A DNA stretch of 64,000 bases from Diadema antillarum (taxonomy: Eukaryota): positions 186,001 to 250,000 of the forward strand of contig NW_027271416.1 in the NCBI RefSeq assembly GCF_040938485.1, read 5' to 3'. The translations under genes and the position numbers were made by a program. The notes under the pieces were generated by a model, which had not been told where the DNA came from, did no database searches, and saw only the letters and a list, made by a program, of their open reading frames with translations. Of the stretch, positions 33,202 through 46,900 are shown one piece after another. Every line of letters begins with the position of its first letter. Positions within the stretch are counted from its first letter, which is position 1.

Positions 33202-36200
33202 CTATTTCAGAGTCATAACATGGACAAGTTCTCGCATCCAAGTGAATCCACGCCGTCGGAATCTCGGATTCTTTTCCAGATTTTCAACATCGGACAGCAG
33301 TTCTATAGTAAACTTTTCACCTGAAGAACAGAAAGACAAGCATAAACACACTTTACAGCAAGTCTTCAAAGAGCTTTCGAACCATACCCCGACAACACCC
33401 AGACAATATTTTAGCATCCTACCTCTCGACGCTCCACGCCGAATGTTGTTCGGACGCCGTCGGAACTAACGTATACCTCTGTGCTCATCTGCGAAAATAT
33501 ACATTGTATAAAGCGAGGAATTTTGTTCTCCGGAGGTTATCCGAACGTTGTCGGAACAACAAAGGTTCGAAAAGTTTTGATAAGACGGATTTTGGAAAAG
33601 TTAGAATCAACAAAAATGATACCACACATTAGAAAATAAACCGAGGTAAAGTCAATTTTAAAACTAATTGGACATTATAATACTGTGGTAACTCGATTCA
33701 CTTGCTACATTTTGTGTTCGCCTGTCGCAGGCTATTATATTTAAGTTAGTGCATGCCACCAAAAATTCAATTCAATTCAATTCATCCTGTTTTCATTCTT
33801 TTTTCCAACAAAACATACCAAAGTAATTACTAATGATCTCAGATATATACATTTGATTGTGGAAAAAAAATGATAGTTAACAAATAATAAAGATAACGAA
33901 ACCGGATCGCATAATATTTCTCTAGCAGTGTTTCATTACATTATAATGCACCAGCTTGCTTTGGTCTGTTTTGCAGATGTTTGCAAAATATTCTTCTTAT
34001 TCTTATTCTTCTTTCTCTTCATCTTAGTCAATCTTACACATGTCTTAGACAATTATAGTGTATGTCAATCAATTTAGGTGTAGATGTACACTGTAAAAAC
34101 ATCGGTGTTAGATTTAACACCACGGGTGTTAAATCTAACACCGATCAAACTTCAATAAAGGACCACACCCACAGGTGTTGAAAATGCACTGTGATGGTGT
34201 TGAAAAGTGTTCACCTGACACTGCGTGGTGTTAATTTGACACTGTACTGGTGTTAATTAAAAAATGACACCACATGGTGTTGATTTGATATTTGTTGGTG
34301 TTAATATCAGTGGTTTAACACCCGTCCAGCTTCAATAAGAGACCACACCAGCTGGTGTTACTTTGGTGTAAATTTATTTTCACATTTTTTCAAAAATCTA
34401 GTATTTCAATGTAAAATTCTTGATCGTCTTGTTTAAATTAAAAATCAACAAGAAGTGCAGTTACTAAGAAACTCTTCAAAAAACAGTTTAAAATTTGGAA
34501 ATGACACCCGGAGGTGTTAATTTAACACCATAAATGAGCACCAAAAATTTAACACCAGCTCGGTGTTCACTATTTAACACCGGACTTTTTGCAGTGTACA
34601 TAGATACACGAGTGTTTTTGAACCTTTATCAGTTTGATCCGTTGTAACCATTCAGTGATTGACTGAGTTTCGTTTACTTTGATCCTTTTCATACTCACCA
34701 TAAAGCCTCCTTAGATCTTCAGTTGTCACAGCGTGAGGAGGTCCTACCATTAGGAGGTGAAAATTAATCAAAGAGCGTCAATGTTATATTATGTGCTATT
34801 ATGGATGAATCTAGCTGTCTATTAACGTTTTAGATAATGGTTATACAATATATCTGTTATAAAACAAACAAATAAACGAGCATATTAATTGTAGAGTGCA
34901 TTCCCGTTATACAACGAACAAATTCTGGATTTAACGTAAGTAAAAATAAGATTAATTTAGGTAAACATAAAATTTAAGTAAAAATTAATGCCGCAAAATT
35001 ATTCACTCTATGTTTTTATTGCTTATTTCTTTGGTTAATGCATGGTTATGACGAAATTTCGATACAACGAAAGAAAATGCCGGTCCCGAGGACTTCGTTA
35101 CATATGTATAGATTAATTGCAGAAGTCCACTGTATATCAATAGGCCTATAGGATTTCCAGTTCTGGTAACCTCCTTACAAACATGACTGGTGATGCCAGC
35201 TACACATGTTTTAATAATCTATAGGTCTATTCATGTGCAGTCATTAACGCCATGTTCACTGCGGTAAATGAATGGGATTCAATAAGCTTTAAAATTCAGC
35301 CCAACTCTTTCCAGATTCGAATGCTTATTGAAGCACCTTTTTTTTTTTAAGTTAGTCATGACTTAGTACTATTCTCCTTCTTGTCCCTTCTTCTATCCTA
35401 TAATGTATAGTACTGCATGTGTGTGCGTATTGTGTGTTGGTTGTGAGTTCGTGCGATGATGTCTAGTTCATTTTCGTGACTTCACACAGAATTATTTGTT
35501 ATAAAATATGTTGCGATTGTAAATGCAGTGTATTCATGTATAAGCATTCACAAGATGCTTTCAAAGCTGCATGCCTAGCTGATATTGTAAACGCCAATGT
35601 GATATAATTTTTTTGTGTTATTTGGCCTAATGAAAAGCCTTAATTGACCTCAGGCAGTGTCGGGCAATTGTGCATAGATACTACCAGGAATCTTTTGCAA
35701 AGATCTTTTACAAAAGATAGAAAATACCTTTTCGTTCTTTTTCTTTTCTTCTCAAAACTAAGCAGGTGAGTTTTGAGCTGACATCATAATATCAAAAATT
35801 TTCATATTTAGTCTGCAAGAGTGTATGTACTGTCAAGTCTCTTCCTGTTCTATATTCTTCTACGGTAACCATAGAACTGGTACTTGCCATACACCCTGTA
35901 TGTAGTAATAGTCTGACTATAGGATCTCTCGATCTATGAACTCAAAGTGCCATTGATACTGAATACAACATTGTTGCTGGTGGTTGAGAAACAGCGAAAG
36001 CAAGATATCAAGAATAGTGACTATGACGAGGATTAGCAATTTTATAAGGAGTATGAAATAAAGTCTGAAGCCCAATTCATCAGAAGATTTGCGAACATTG
36101 CATGATAAAAGAAAAAAAAAATGCAGTTAAGATGTATCAACACGATCAAGCTGAGTTACTCAGTAGCTGTTTAGTTGGTGCCCAACTACAGTGCTTACAA

Positions 36201-36387
36201 CTAGAAAACATTGTGTGTGTGTGTATATATGCATGGGCGGATCCAGGAATTCTGTAAAGGAGGGGCGCAACTAATATTTCTGGTGCCACTTCCGGGTTTC
36301 ATTCCATTTTTTTTCTTTTTATGTCTTTTGTTTTTAACGAAAATAAAGGGGGGCGTGCGCCGGTTGCGCCCCCCTCTGGATCCGCCA

Positions 36388-36429
<42 letters not shown>

Positions 36430-39400
36430 TATATGTATATATATATGAATAGTGATATACTGCTTTAGGTAGTGATACCCTTATATTTTTGTATCATCTT
36501 TGCCCTCAATTTTGTTTACGTTATATTTGTGTTCCCAACAAACCTTTGTGATCTTTGACTTTCTCTGCTGGATCACAGTTTACAGTCACTAGAAGCATTC
36601 TTGCACCAGGTGAGAGCAGGGAAGATATGACCTTTGCATATCTATAGTAGAGAGAGAAAAAGATGACTCACACTTATCTTATACAAATTGTGTAAAAATT
36701 TACATAAATGCTCCAAAACTTCAAGGCACTGCCTGACATTGCTTCCACTTAAAGAAGAAGAAGAAGAAGAAGAAGAAGAAGAAGAAGAAGAAGAAGAAGA
36801 AGAAAACGAACTGCACTGTCCTATAAGCAACCTAAAACACTTTTTTTTTAATGTCGTTGTGAATATGCGTAATATATGCAAATTCATGTTAGAATTGATC
36901 CCACGTGGATGAACAGTTTGCGGAGAAAAGAGAGATCACATGGGTCGTATAGAAACAAAGTTAGCTCTTGTCGATTTCTCGTGTAACGTTCGGTGGTGAC
37001 GCAGCCGGGATCCGGTGTCACAAAAAAATGGCGCTTGTGCTGTTGGTTACACCATCTCCTCTCTATACTGTTAAAATTAACGATACGAAGCTGCTTATGA
37101 AGAAAAAAAAAATCGTGGCTGAAAATAATAGTGAAAATTTATGAGTGACTGGATTCACTAATAATTATACTCATAGATTTTGGTGTTATAAGAATCAAAC
37201 AATTTCCATAGCATGGTGATATTTTGTTCACATATCTCTTGCATGATAGACAAGCAAAACAATTCTGATACCTTTTGTATACAGGAGACGAGTGTCTTGT
37301 TCATCCTTTGAATATAGTCAGTCAGCAAAGTTAGACAACTTCTGTTACTGCATGTGTTAAAGTCTATGAACAACAGCTGTATAGGCACTATAGGCAAATT
37401 GCAAACTTATAGTGATAGTTGCGAATGGCTCACTATAAACTCCGAGGAGCTATTTCTCTTCCACCACGTGTCCAAAGTGTCCAAAGTGGAAGATCATAAT
37501 AACAATATGTATGAAATGTTTATCTTTTTCCCCTGCAGATATCGTATACCAAAATAAGAAGTGAAATTCCTTGGACATGGATTATAACAATGTATAACAA
37601 GCCCTCAATTAGAGAACAATAACCACTGCAGCATTCATCATCGGCAAAAACATCATGAAGACTGGATGGAAGAGTTATTGAAATATTTCATCCTCAAGAT
37701 AGGAAAGAAAGTAATTCAGTTAATATATTTCATGTGTTGTAGACTAATTTAGGACATGAGTGATCAGTGGCTAAAAGATGATGTTTCTTGGTCACTTAAT
37801 GAACAGCTGACACAAGACCTCATCTTTCTGCGAGTTTCCCTTTGACATCTGCTGATGAATATGCGAGTGTTTTTGCTATAAAATGTAGCTATCCGACTAA
37901 AAATCAAACACAGAAACAATATGTAATTTTACTTTATGGCCAACAAACTATTACCAGCAATATATCCACATTGTCTTCAACATGCTCAAATGGTATCAAA
38001 CTATCTAGCTCTTTTCATCAGTGAAAGCTAAATCTGACTAAAAACTACATATGATTGAATTATCTAGATACTTACTCTTTTCTGTCACATTCATCAACTG
38101 CCACCACTGAACCTCGATCCCATACGGCATCAAACTGTCCTAAGATATCCCTGTACAGAGCGAACAACATACAATCCTCCTGAACATGATATTACAAACA
38201 ATACAGGAAAAGCTGTTTATTATAAGGTATGTAAGGTAACATTCCCCAATTCCTCTCACTTTGTGAAGTTCTAATTTCATGTATTCCTTTGGAAATTATT
38301 TCAGCGAAAAGTCACACACTCATGCACACAAAGAAAAAAAACAACAAATCTGGCATGGAACATTTTCCACACAGTCTTCGCAAATTGTTGCAGATCGCAG
38401 AGGATAACATTGTCTTCATAAATCCACCTACCAAACAGTATTGTGGAATGTGCGGCTATCACACAAAAATGAAAAATCTCTTCACATCATATCTTTATAT
38501 AAAGGGAATAACAAAATGTCTCTCTAACTGTGTGAGAAAATAGATAAAGGAAAGAAGCCTGAGATTGATATGATCTGGACATCAAACAAAGTTGACATTT
38601 GATAAACATATACTGTAATAGGGAACTTCCAACAGAGATAGGATTATAATCACCTTGTAAGGTTGAACAAGTCAGACACGAATATTTTGATTCTGCCATC
38701 TTCACTCTGTTCCAAATGAAAAGAAGATACTGGTATACGGTAAGCAAACGCACGACAAGAAATATCATTTCGCATGGAAATAAAAGTGCTTCTCTAATGT
38801 GCTCCTCAGACAATTTATTTTGCTCTTTGGTTACTTCGTTCTGTGAAATATGATATCTAACTAAAACTTGCCACTCAATGCCTTTCAAACTTTAAAAACT
38901 AATAACATTGCGTAAGACAGAATTTGTTCAAAATATTGTGATTGGCATGCTCTGTTGTACATTCAAAACTAAAAAGCAAAAGTAATGGACCGCCTGCAAG
39001 TACCAAAAACAAAGAGGTATATAGAGCACATCTATTTGACACGCCTTTCTGACGCTGATCATCATTGATTATCAGTTCCTGAACGCCTTCTACTTGTATG
39101 AGTTGTATGAGTTGATGTTGTTTTAGTGACTGTGGGATTATTAAAAGTAGTGGTACATTTCCAATTTAATCGTATTACTATAAGACAAGGCCTATGGCCC
39201 TTGGCTATTAATAGCTCCTTTGCAAAACATACAATGATAACTTAAACTGCATGCCCAACGATAGAGTGACACTAATCAAGTGGCAAAAGTAATGAAGAAA
39301 TAAAGGTTTTGTGGAATAGTGTAAGCATAAACACGGACAAAAGTTTCAGTATTTGTGGTCCCCTTTTTGATTTACTTACTTCGTACAGCTTCCCTCCTTC

Positions 39401-40070
39401 CACTCCGTGGATATCACTTTTAGTGTAGGAAAGCTTCTGTTCTTGGAAGAACTCCGTCACCGGTTGGTCGATGCCCTCTACGCCAACCACCTCATGACCT
39501 TGATCAGCAAACCTGTCACCGATCATTGGCCAAAATTTACATCTCAATCAGAAACAGAAAGAGGAAAGGGTTGATTTAAAGCACCACGTAGTCCAATTAT
39601 ACTGTCATTTGCAATGACAACCAGTGTAATGGTGTTATGAGAAAGAGATTCCGCAAGGGTTGAACATGATTTTAAAAATTTTGATATGATTTGACACAAA
39701 TGGGTTAACACAATTATCGTATATAGCAAGTGTTGTGATTTTTCCTGTTTGCTCACTTCACTGGTAAAGTATGGTAAAAATAATGAATTTAGGCTAGACC
39801 CATCACATCAGCAATTAACACAGATCAATTTAAAAGAAAGTTGAAAACTTATTTGTTCTAAAAGTAAGACCTCTTCATAGGTCTTACTTAATTCCACTAT
39901 TATTGATCTGACAAGTGTGAAGTCATTGTGTATTTGTTTTGCTTTGTACTTACTCTGTTTGTTTTGTTTGGTAAATATTGTTGATTTCTTGTATTTTGTA
40001 AATATCGTTGAAATGTTTTGTGCCTGTTTAGAAAAAGCGCTAAATAAATATTGGTTATTATATATATATA

Positions 40071-40105
<35 letters not shown>

Positions 40106-42350
40106 TTGGTGATTCTATCCTTCTATGAAGAGTGCTCGATATCCTCAAAGGAAGAGCTTTAGACAGAAGTATTGCAACAAGTTCACTCGGTTGACATCAG
40201 GTACATCCGTATTTTACTGCTACTCGGAGTTTCATGCCACCTTCATTTAGGGGCAATCATCAGGCAATGCCTGATGATTGCCCCTAAATGAAGGTGGCAT
40301 GAAACTCCGAGTAGCAGTAAAATACGGATGTACCTGATGTCAACCGAGNNNNNNNNNNNNNNNNNNNNNNNNNNNNNNNNNNNNNNNNNNNNNNNNNNNN
40401 NNNNNNNNNNNNNNNNNNNNNNNNNNNNNNNNNNNNNNNNNNNNNNNNNNNNNNNNNNNNNNNNNNNNNNNNNNNNNNNNNNNNNNNNNNNNNNNNNNNT
40501 AACTCCTTGAGTAGTCTGGATTTGTGTCTCATTTGTTCTCAAGCTACCTCTTCATTCATCATATTCTTCATTTTCTCCTGGTTCTACCCTCTATGTATTG
40601 ACTGAATATTGTCTAATTTGATCGCTTGTTACACGCAATATGAAATAAAATCCTTTGAGAATATGAAAGGCAATTGCTAATTGTTGCTCCTGGAGAAGGT
40701 TCAGTTCTATTTATCATGATTTCCTGATTTATGTAATAATTACCATCGCCATCGCATATTTTCGTTAACTATAACATGAAATGAAAACAGTAAGAAAGTG
40801 AATGCAAACATCACGATCCTTATTTTGTACATCCCTACGTAAATAGCTCACGTTACTTACCATTTCAAGTCAACCGTTTTTCCACAGAGAGGTACAAAGA
40901 CACGACTCTTGTCTTTTATCAAGAGCTTATCTTTGAACTGCACCAATGACCTATGAGCAATAAGTATAACAATATATAGGGTTACAATTCGAACCTTAGA
41001 AATCAATGAGACTTATGTTAACTCTATTCTGTTAATTGAGGGAGATTTACAAATTGAAGTTAGTTCTTTGCTCTGGAAGTTTATTTAAAGAATCATTGGA
41101 TTAATGGCGGTATTAGTTTTATATCTATAAACTTATCTCACGAAATTTAAATCTACTAATCATCTGTATTCAACAAAGAAATCGAGTTGATTTTAAAAGT
41201 TTGATAAGGAAATGAGAAAAAATCCCATAACGAATAGTTCCGTTTTAGCTGTATTTGCCAATCATAAGTCCAGCTATGTGATTAAGTGTGAAAATACACG
41301 TCGTTATCGAGATATATGTCATCACTCCATCCACTCTCGTTTATTTTGTCATCGACGGTGTACAAGCGTTATCCTATACTGAAACCATGGAGGTAGAACT
41401 CGATCTTTTCTACCTCCATGCTGAAACTCAAGGCGTCACCGAGAAGTGTGATATAATTCCCCGTATTCTCGACTTCTTGGGTCCGAAAAGACAAGAAGGC
41501 AAGTTGTAACATCCCGTCTTCTCGGGGCTTCTCGGGTCCCATTGTGCGAGAAGACAAGATCCAGTAAGTCGTCTTCTCAACCGCATTTGTCGGGTTCGAG
41601 AACAGAGTTGTGAGATCTCGTCTTTTCCGCTTCTCATGTTCGAGAAGTCGAGATAGATTATCTGGGCACCGTTTCATGCAATTAGTTGTCAGCCCTGACA
41701 AGTTGTCAGTTTCTGACAATTTCAGCGAAATCCTATTGGCTTTGATCAATTGATTTGCTGATAAACTCTGATCACTGACTATTACTATGGTGATTGTCAG
41801 AGACTGGCAGCTTGTCAAGGCTGACAACTTTCATAAAACGGCTCCTGAAATTCTTGTATCTGATTGGCTAAGAGCAAACCGTACAGAATGTTTCATGAAA
41901 TGCCCCCCCCCAAAAAAAAAAAAAAATCTCATATCTTCTCGCTTTTTTTTTTGGCTTCTTTAATCTCTCCTTCCGCCTTCTTTTCAAATATTCCTCCCAA
42001 TGAGTGCACCAGACCGCCATTGAATATTCAATTCCTTAAAATGCAAAAACTCCTCGTGTTGGAGGGCCCATACTCGCCTCCCACGCTCCCATCCCGCCCC
42101 TTCTGAATATAGAACATAATTGTCAGTGTTCTTTCTCCAAGGACAATACGGCCATGTTATAAGAAGAATAAAACTTGTCTTGCCTGTTGAAAGTTCATAT
42201 CATTCAGAACGCAGACAATGGCAGAAGAGTTGTAGAAATGATAGCCTACCAATTTTAAAACTGGAATGTGACTCACTCATTAACCTCCGTCTGATGGAAA
42301 TCAATCCTACCGTCTGTCCACCTGTCTTCCCACACCTGAAGGCGGGCCAT
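33202..42350 (-). CDS. TPMT: Thiopurine S-methyltransferase (8 coding exons, 228 aa)
   Basis: Exons 42350-42277, 40950-40861, 39512-39380, 38706-38654, 38150-38076, 36641-36544, 34743-34699 and 33320-33202, all GT-AG, totalling 687 nt in frame. Motifs: [54 protein letters not shown], GPPH, and C-terminal GEKFTIELL...GFTWMRELVHVMTLK*. The start codon is uncertain because the frame stays open upstream and a possible acceptor lies near 42389. Confidence 0.94.
34089..34596. mobile_element. TA-flanked non-autonomous DNA element (CACTGTAAAAA termini, internal AACACC/GGTGTT repeats)
   Basis: TA|CACTGTAAAAACATCGGTGTT ... AACACCGGACTTTTTGCAGTG|TA, in the last TPMT intron. Confidence 0.85.
36232..36390. 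repeat. GGCGGATCC-terminated interspersed repeat, copy 2
   Basis: Matches 32828-32986. Confidence 0.75.
36753..36805. repeat. (GAA)n microsatellite
   Basis: Direct inspection; source of the spurious poly-E/poly-S ORFs. Confidence 0.9.
41665..41844. mobile_element. MITE family B with CWG target duplication (related copy at 49556-49709)
   Basis: CTG|GGCACCGTTTCATG ... CATAAAACGGCTC|CTG with internal GTTGTCAGC..CTGACAA repeats. Confidence 0.75.
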
Positions 42351-43981
42351 CTTCGTACACCACTTATCAATTCCAAGGGGTGTACCTCTATAAAGGCAGG
42401 GGGTTTGGTAAGGGTGTTTGAGTACGGGAGCTCCCGGGTATGCGTATTATCATAATAGGGCCCATACCGTGTACTTGGCAGTCATACCACATTGCTGTAT
42501 GACATGGATCTTTATGCACAGACTGCATGAGTAATGTAATAATAGCGTGATATGACAACTATGTGTGTTTGCACATGTCAGGAAGTCCAAAGTTCATGCG
42601 TCCTAAGATTAAATCATAACTCAAATGTCTTTTGAGAGCACTGTACATAGCCTAACTTTGTGAATCATGGGAACTTGACAGTGAGACCTAAATGACATCG
42701 GACCTGGGGGGGGGGGGGGGAGGAGTATAGAGGTATAGAGAGGGAGAGAGTGGCAGAGAAAGCCATGGTCACCCTNNNNNNNNNNNNNNNNNNNNNNNNN
42801 NNNNNNNNNNNNNNNNNNNNNNNNNNNNNNNNNNNNNNNNNNNNNNNNNNNNNNNNNNNNNNNNNNNNNNNNNNNNNNNNNNNNNNNNNNNNNNNNNNNN
42901 NNNNNNNNNNNNNNNNNNNNNNNNNNNNNNNTAAAAGAAAGATAATGAAAGGGGCGTGTGCTGAATCCTTTTTTTTTTGTGCTTTTTTTGCTTGTCAGCC
43001 GATAAAACTCGGAAGTGGCACGAGAAATGGAAAAATTGCAGGGGAACTTTTTTTTGGTCAGCTGATTAAACCCGGAAGTGGCAACAGAAATGTGTGTGTG
43101 TGCCCCCAATGAACTAAGCTAACAAACTTGAATTTAAAGGTTATTTTTTTCTAATTCTATCCCCCCATGAAATCCTGCCACCCCCCCCCCCTCCCCTTTG
43201 CCGGAAATGATGTTTTCAACTATATGTATATTGCTTATTAGGGTGAGAAAATTTTAAAGAATTAAGGGTCTGTGCTGGCGTCGTCCTTCTTAAGAGACCG
43301 TTCGGTTATAGGGTTAAGGGGGGGGTGGCAATAATTGAGGGAGGCTTTCCACACCAAACTAAAGATAATCACTGATTTAGCTGCTTAAAGAGATAAAGTT
43401 AAAGAAATATAGATTTTCTTTTTAAGAGTTCCTTTTCGATCTACACATAATATTAGCAGTGATACTGATATCAGTGTGTAATCCCGGAGATATGTTTGGT
43501 TGNNNNNNNNNNNNNNNNNNNNNNNNNNNNNNNNNNNNNNNNNNNNNNNNNNNNNNNNNNNNNNNNNNNNNNNNNNNNNNNNNNNNNNNNNNNNNNNNNN
43601 NNNNNNNNNNNNNNNNNNNNNNNNNNNNNNNNNNNNNNNNNNNNNNNNNNNNNNNNNNNNNNNNNNNNNNNNNNNNTCTGACTGAGCTCCTATATACTCA
43701 GTAGTCTACTATTCACTACTAGTGAATAGGGAATCACTACTTCAATTTCTTCTTCTGACCCGTTTCTCTTACCCTGGTCCCAACTGTACGGAACCGGTAC
43801 GGAAAAGCAATACGATCCATTATGATACTGTCGTCCGAGCCCGAGTGCGTGTACGTTTCAGTTCGACCCTGTGTACACACCTCATCATTGCACGTACACT
43901 ACGAAGATGTTGACGTTATTCCGAGTTCGAGAATTGAAATTACTTCCAGTTCTTGCTAAGAAATGTTGCTCCGCTTGAGCC

Positions 43982-46900
43982 ATGGATCTGTATTCATTCT
44001 TATTCTACGTTTTTGTATTCGTTTTATCTGTGACATTACTATCAAGGTAAGGGTCTTACATGAGTTATTTGTCTGATGTCTGTGCGTTGTATTCTTTACA
44101 TGAATCGTAGTCAAATGTCAACATCACCTCCATAACAGTCCCATATATTAAAGACTGCGTAAGCGGAGGAGTTGTATGCTTCAGAAAAAAAAGAAGTTTT
44201 ATTCAATTATACTATCCTACAGTCTACTTGTAGAACTAATGGTAGGGTAGCCACTTTACAGTTCAGAATCATATAAACAGCTGAATGCAGGAATTTCCTC
44301 ATCCACTTACTTTCTAACGTTAAATGTACAGTTCAGACCAGTTCAGTGTTGTTGTCATGCATGTCAATAAAAACATCGACATAACAAGAGCAAGACCACA
44401 CACCACTGGCACTGCACTGTATGTAGCCACCAAATGGCTGGAGCTGTGGCTAGGTCCTGAGTTTTGCGGCCACTTTACTACAGTACAGACTTCCCTATCA
44501 GGCATGCGAAATGAGTAGGCATGGCACTTTAATTAAATTAAATACCTATTTGGGCAAGTGATTTTTTTTTTTTCCGTTTCTGTTTTATGCACTTGTCAAT
44601 GTAATGATGCACCCCACTACCCCCGGACATGGGTGCGTCACGGTCATTTTTTGACTGACCACACGGGGTTTTTGATGGACACCACAGTCACTTTTTTGAC
44701 GGACAAAACGCTGCAAGTGACGAACACCACAGTCACTTTTTTGACGGACAACACGTTGAAAGTGACGCACACCTCGGTCACTTTTTTGACGGACATCCTC
44801 GGTACATTTGACGCACCCCCGTAAATACTGAAACGATTTTTGCATACGTTCTATTCAAGCAATTTCATTTTCTTTTGGTTCGTAAACATAATTTGTAAAA
44901 GTTTCGGCAAATTTCCGTTACCATGGCCCTGTAAGCACCGTACCTTCATTCACCGTACATCACGCTGCTGCTACGATATTCCGTACAGTAGTATGTATTC
45001 TGTGCATGCAATCCATACATGACAATCACATGCATGTGTGCAGATGCGCTGTGTGTGCGCGGCCATTGCTAGTGCGGTGGATGCATACTGCTGCAGCACA
45101 GTACACACCACGCCACGACATTCCCACGAGTAACTACATACAGTCTAGTCGCTGTACTGTACGTAGAGATTCGCACAGATAACAGCGTCGCACGTCTGGT
45201 TGGGCTATCCCGCGAGCAGAAAATGGCATTCGGCAGGCAGTTTCTTCTGCTGCCGCTTCTTTTACTGTCAAAAATTCGCCTTTGTCACCACAGAACATTA
45301 TTTAGATGCACATTGTATTGGAATGTAAACGAACTTTCTTCGATAGCAATGTGTGTTAGTGTTGCATCGCAATATGCAATAGGCACTAAGTGTTCAACAG
45401 TAAAGGTTGAACAAGTTGTAACATCGCTGAACAGTCCCTGGTTTGAGATTGAGTATGCATGATTTCATGGGTTTGTTGGAGGGAAAATGTAAGGAGAAAG
45501 GGTGGCTTTTAAATTATTTGCTTGCCAGATTCTGGCAAGCATTTTTCCCTCTTATTCCAAAACGCTTCCGGACTTTGATTTTCACTTGCCGCGGGAAAGC
45601 GCTCACTGTAATTTCACTCGCGGTACGTGTATCCGGTACTGGTAGCGTGCAAAAATGCGTGCAGTTTTCCATAGCCAAGTGACTTACCATGACGCACCCC
45701 TCGGTCAAAATTTTGACCGACAATGATGGGATTTTGACGCACCCCTCGGTCAAAAATTTGACGGACAAAGCTGGTAAAATGACGAACACCTGGGTCACAA
45801 ATTTGACGGACCAAACGAGGAAATGACGCACCCATGTCCGGGGGAAGTGGGGTGAGTCATTACATTGACAAGTGCATTATACATCATTACATTATTGCCC
45901 TGCAATGCACCTGTCTATAATAATCCAGTACATTATGACAAGCTTTTACAGTTCCCTTGATTTGCTGCTGTAGTGTAAAGTCTATTCCTTTTGACTGAAC
46001 TTGTATCATAATACAACACTAAATTGTATATATTTTGCACCTCAGAAGGTGTGTGTGTAGCACAAGGCATTGATGATTTACCGCAGTTTTGATGACCAGA
46101 ATGCGTTAATGCTCTGTATAAACAAGGAGGTTTCATAGCTGGAATTCCAACTGGCTATAATTATTCTAACAGTTGTCAGTTTTGTATTGATGTTCAATAG
46201 AATTTCACAGGTGCATTTGTGCCTTTGATGATCGATGTTCGATGCCACCGTCTTGCTTAGCAATCTGAAGATTAATTTTGAACGCTAACATAATTAGTGA
46301 TGTTGGCCATATTTTGCTTATAATTTATTTATTAAATGAAATGAAATTTCGCGTAATGATAAAGCATGTAAAACAAAAGTCAATCCCATCCAGAAATTTG
46401 TGCAAAAGTGTAAATCAGAGCTGTATCATGTGAAAATGTTTAAAATTGTACCATCCTGGAAAGCCGGTTTTATCACTTTCCACTTAATTTCCACAAATTA
46501 AACTGATATAGAATAATCTTCAAGTATATTCTTTATTGATAGGTATATCAGATTAGTGCCCGGGTATGCCCAATCGAGTGATATTCATTTTTATTTCAGC
46601 ATTTTTTGCGAAATTTTTATTGCCGCATCCTCGTGTCTGCACCATCTACCTTTTATAAGAAGGGATAGCGAAAAGTAATTACCATCACAAAGACATACAC
46701 TTGTATCTTCCATAGAAAGTGACTGGTGATTATGCAATGAGACACGAGTCAATTGTCTTCCTATCTGCATGGCAGATCCTGTTTGGCACATGCTTCAAAT
46801 ATTTTTGAGCGGCAGCATTGAACATCTGGCAAAGGAAATAAGACGGTTGTGACTCCATTCTCTTGAACGCTGCTCCTTGGTACAAGTCTCAGGTAGTGTT

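Larger units (their letters stand above)
10397..43676. other. Six assembly gaps (N runs): 10397-10533, 18154-18370, 21798-21931, 40349-40499, 42776-42931, 43503-43676
   Basis: Direct inspection. The span only brackets the gaps. None interrupts a modelled exon junction chain, but two fall in the TPMT-BLTP2 promoter region. Confidence 1.

Noticed and set aside
36990-37040. CpG-rich patch with AAAATGGCG (YY1-like) in a TPMT intron
   Set aside because: No downstream ORF or exon supports a promoter; it is likely a repeat fragment.
41386-41420. 13-bp perfect hairpin CATGGAGGTAGAA/TTCTACCTCCATG and the 152-aa ORF 41369-41827
   Set aside because: The hairpin is too short for a pre-miRNA call. The ORF runs through MITE sequence in TPMT intron 1 and resembles no protein.
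43010-43080. CCGGAAGTG ETS/GABP-like sites between TPMT and BLTP2 as bidirectional promoter elements
   Set aside because: The same motif in similar context occurs in interspersed repeats at about 3670 and 36290, so it is probably repeat-derived.
44640-44830. Regularly spaced repeats of about 39 bp superficially like a CRISPR array
   Set aside because: Eukaryotic context, no unique spacers and no cas genes. They are mirrored at the other end of a TIR element as subterminal repeats.
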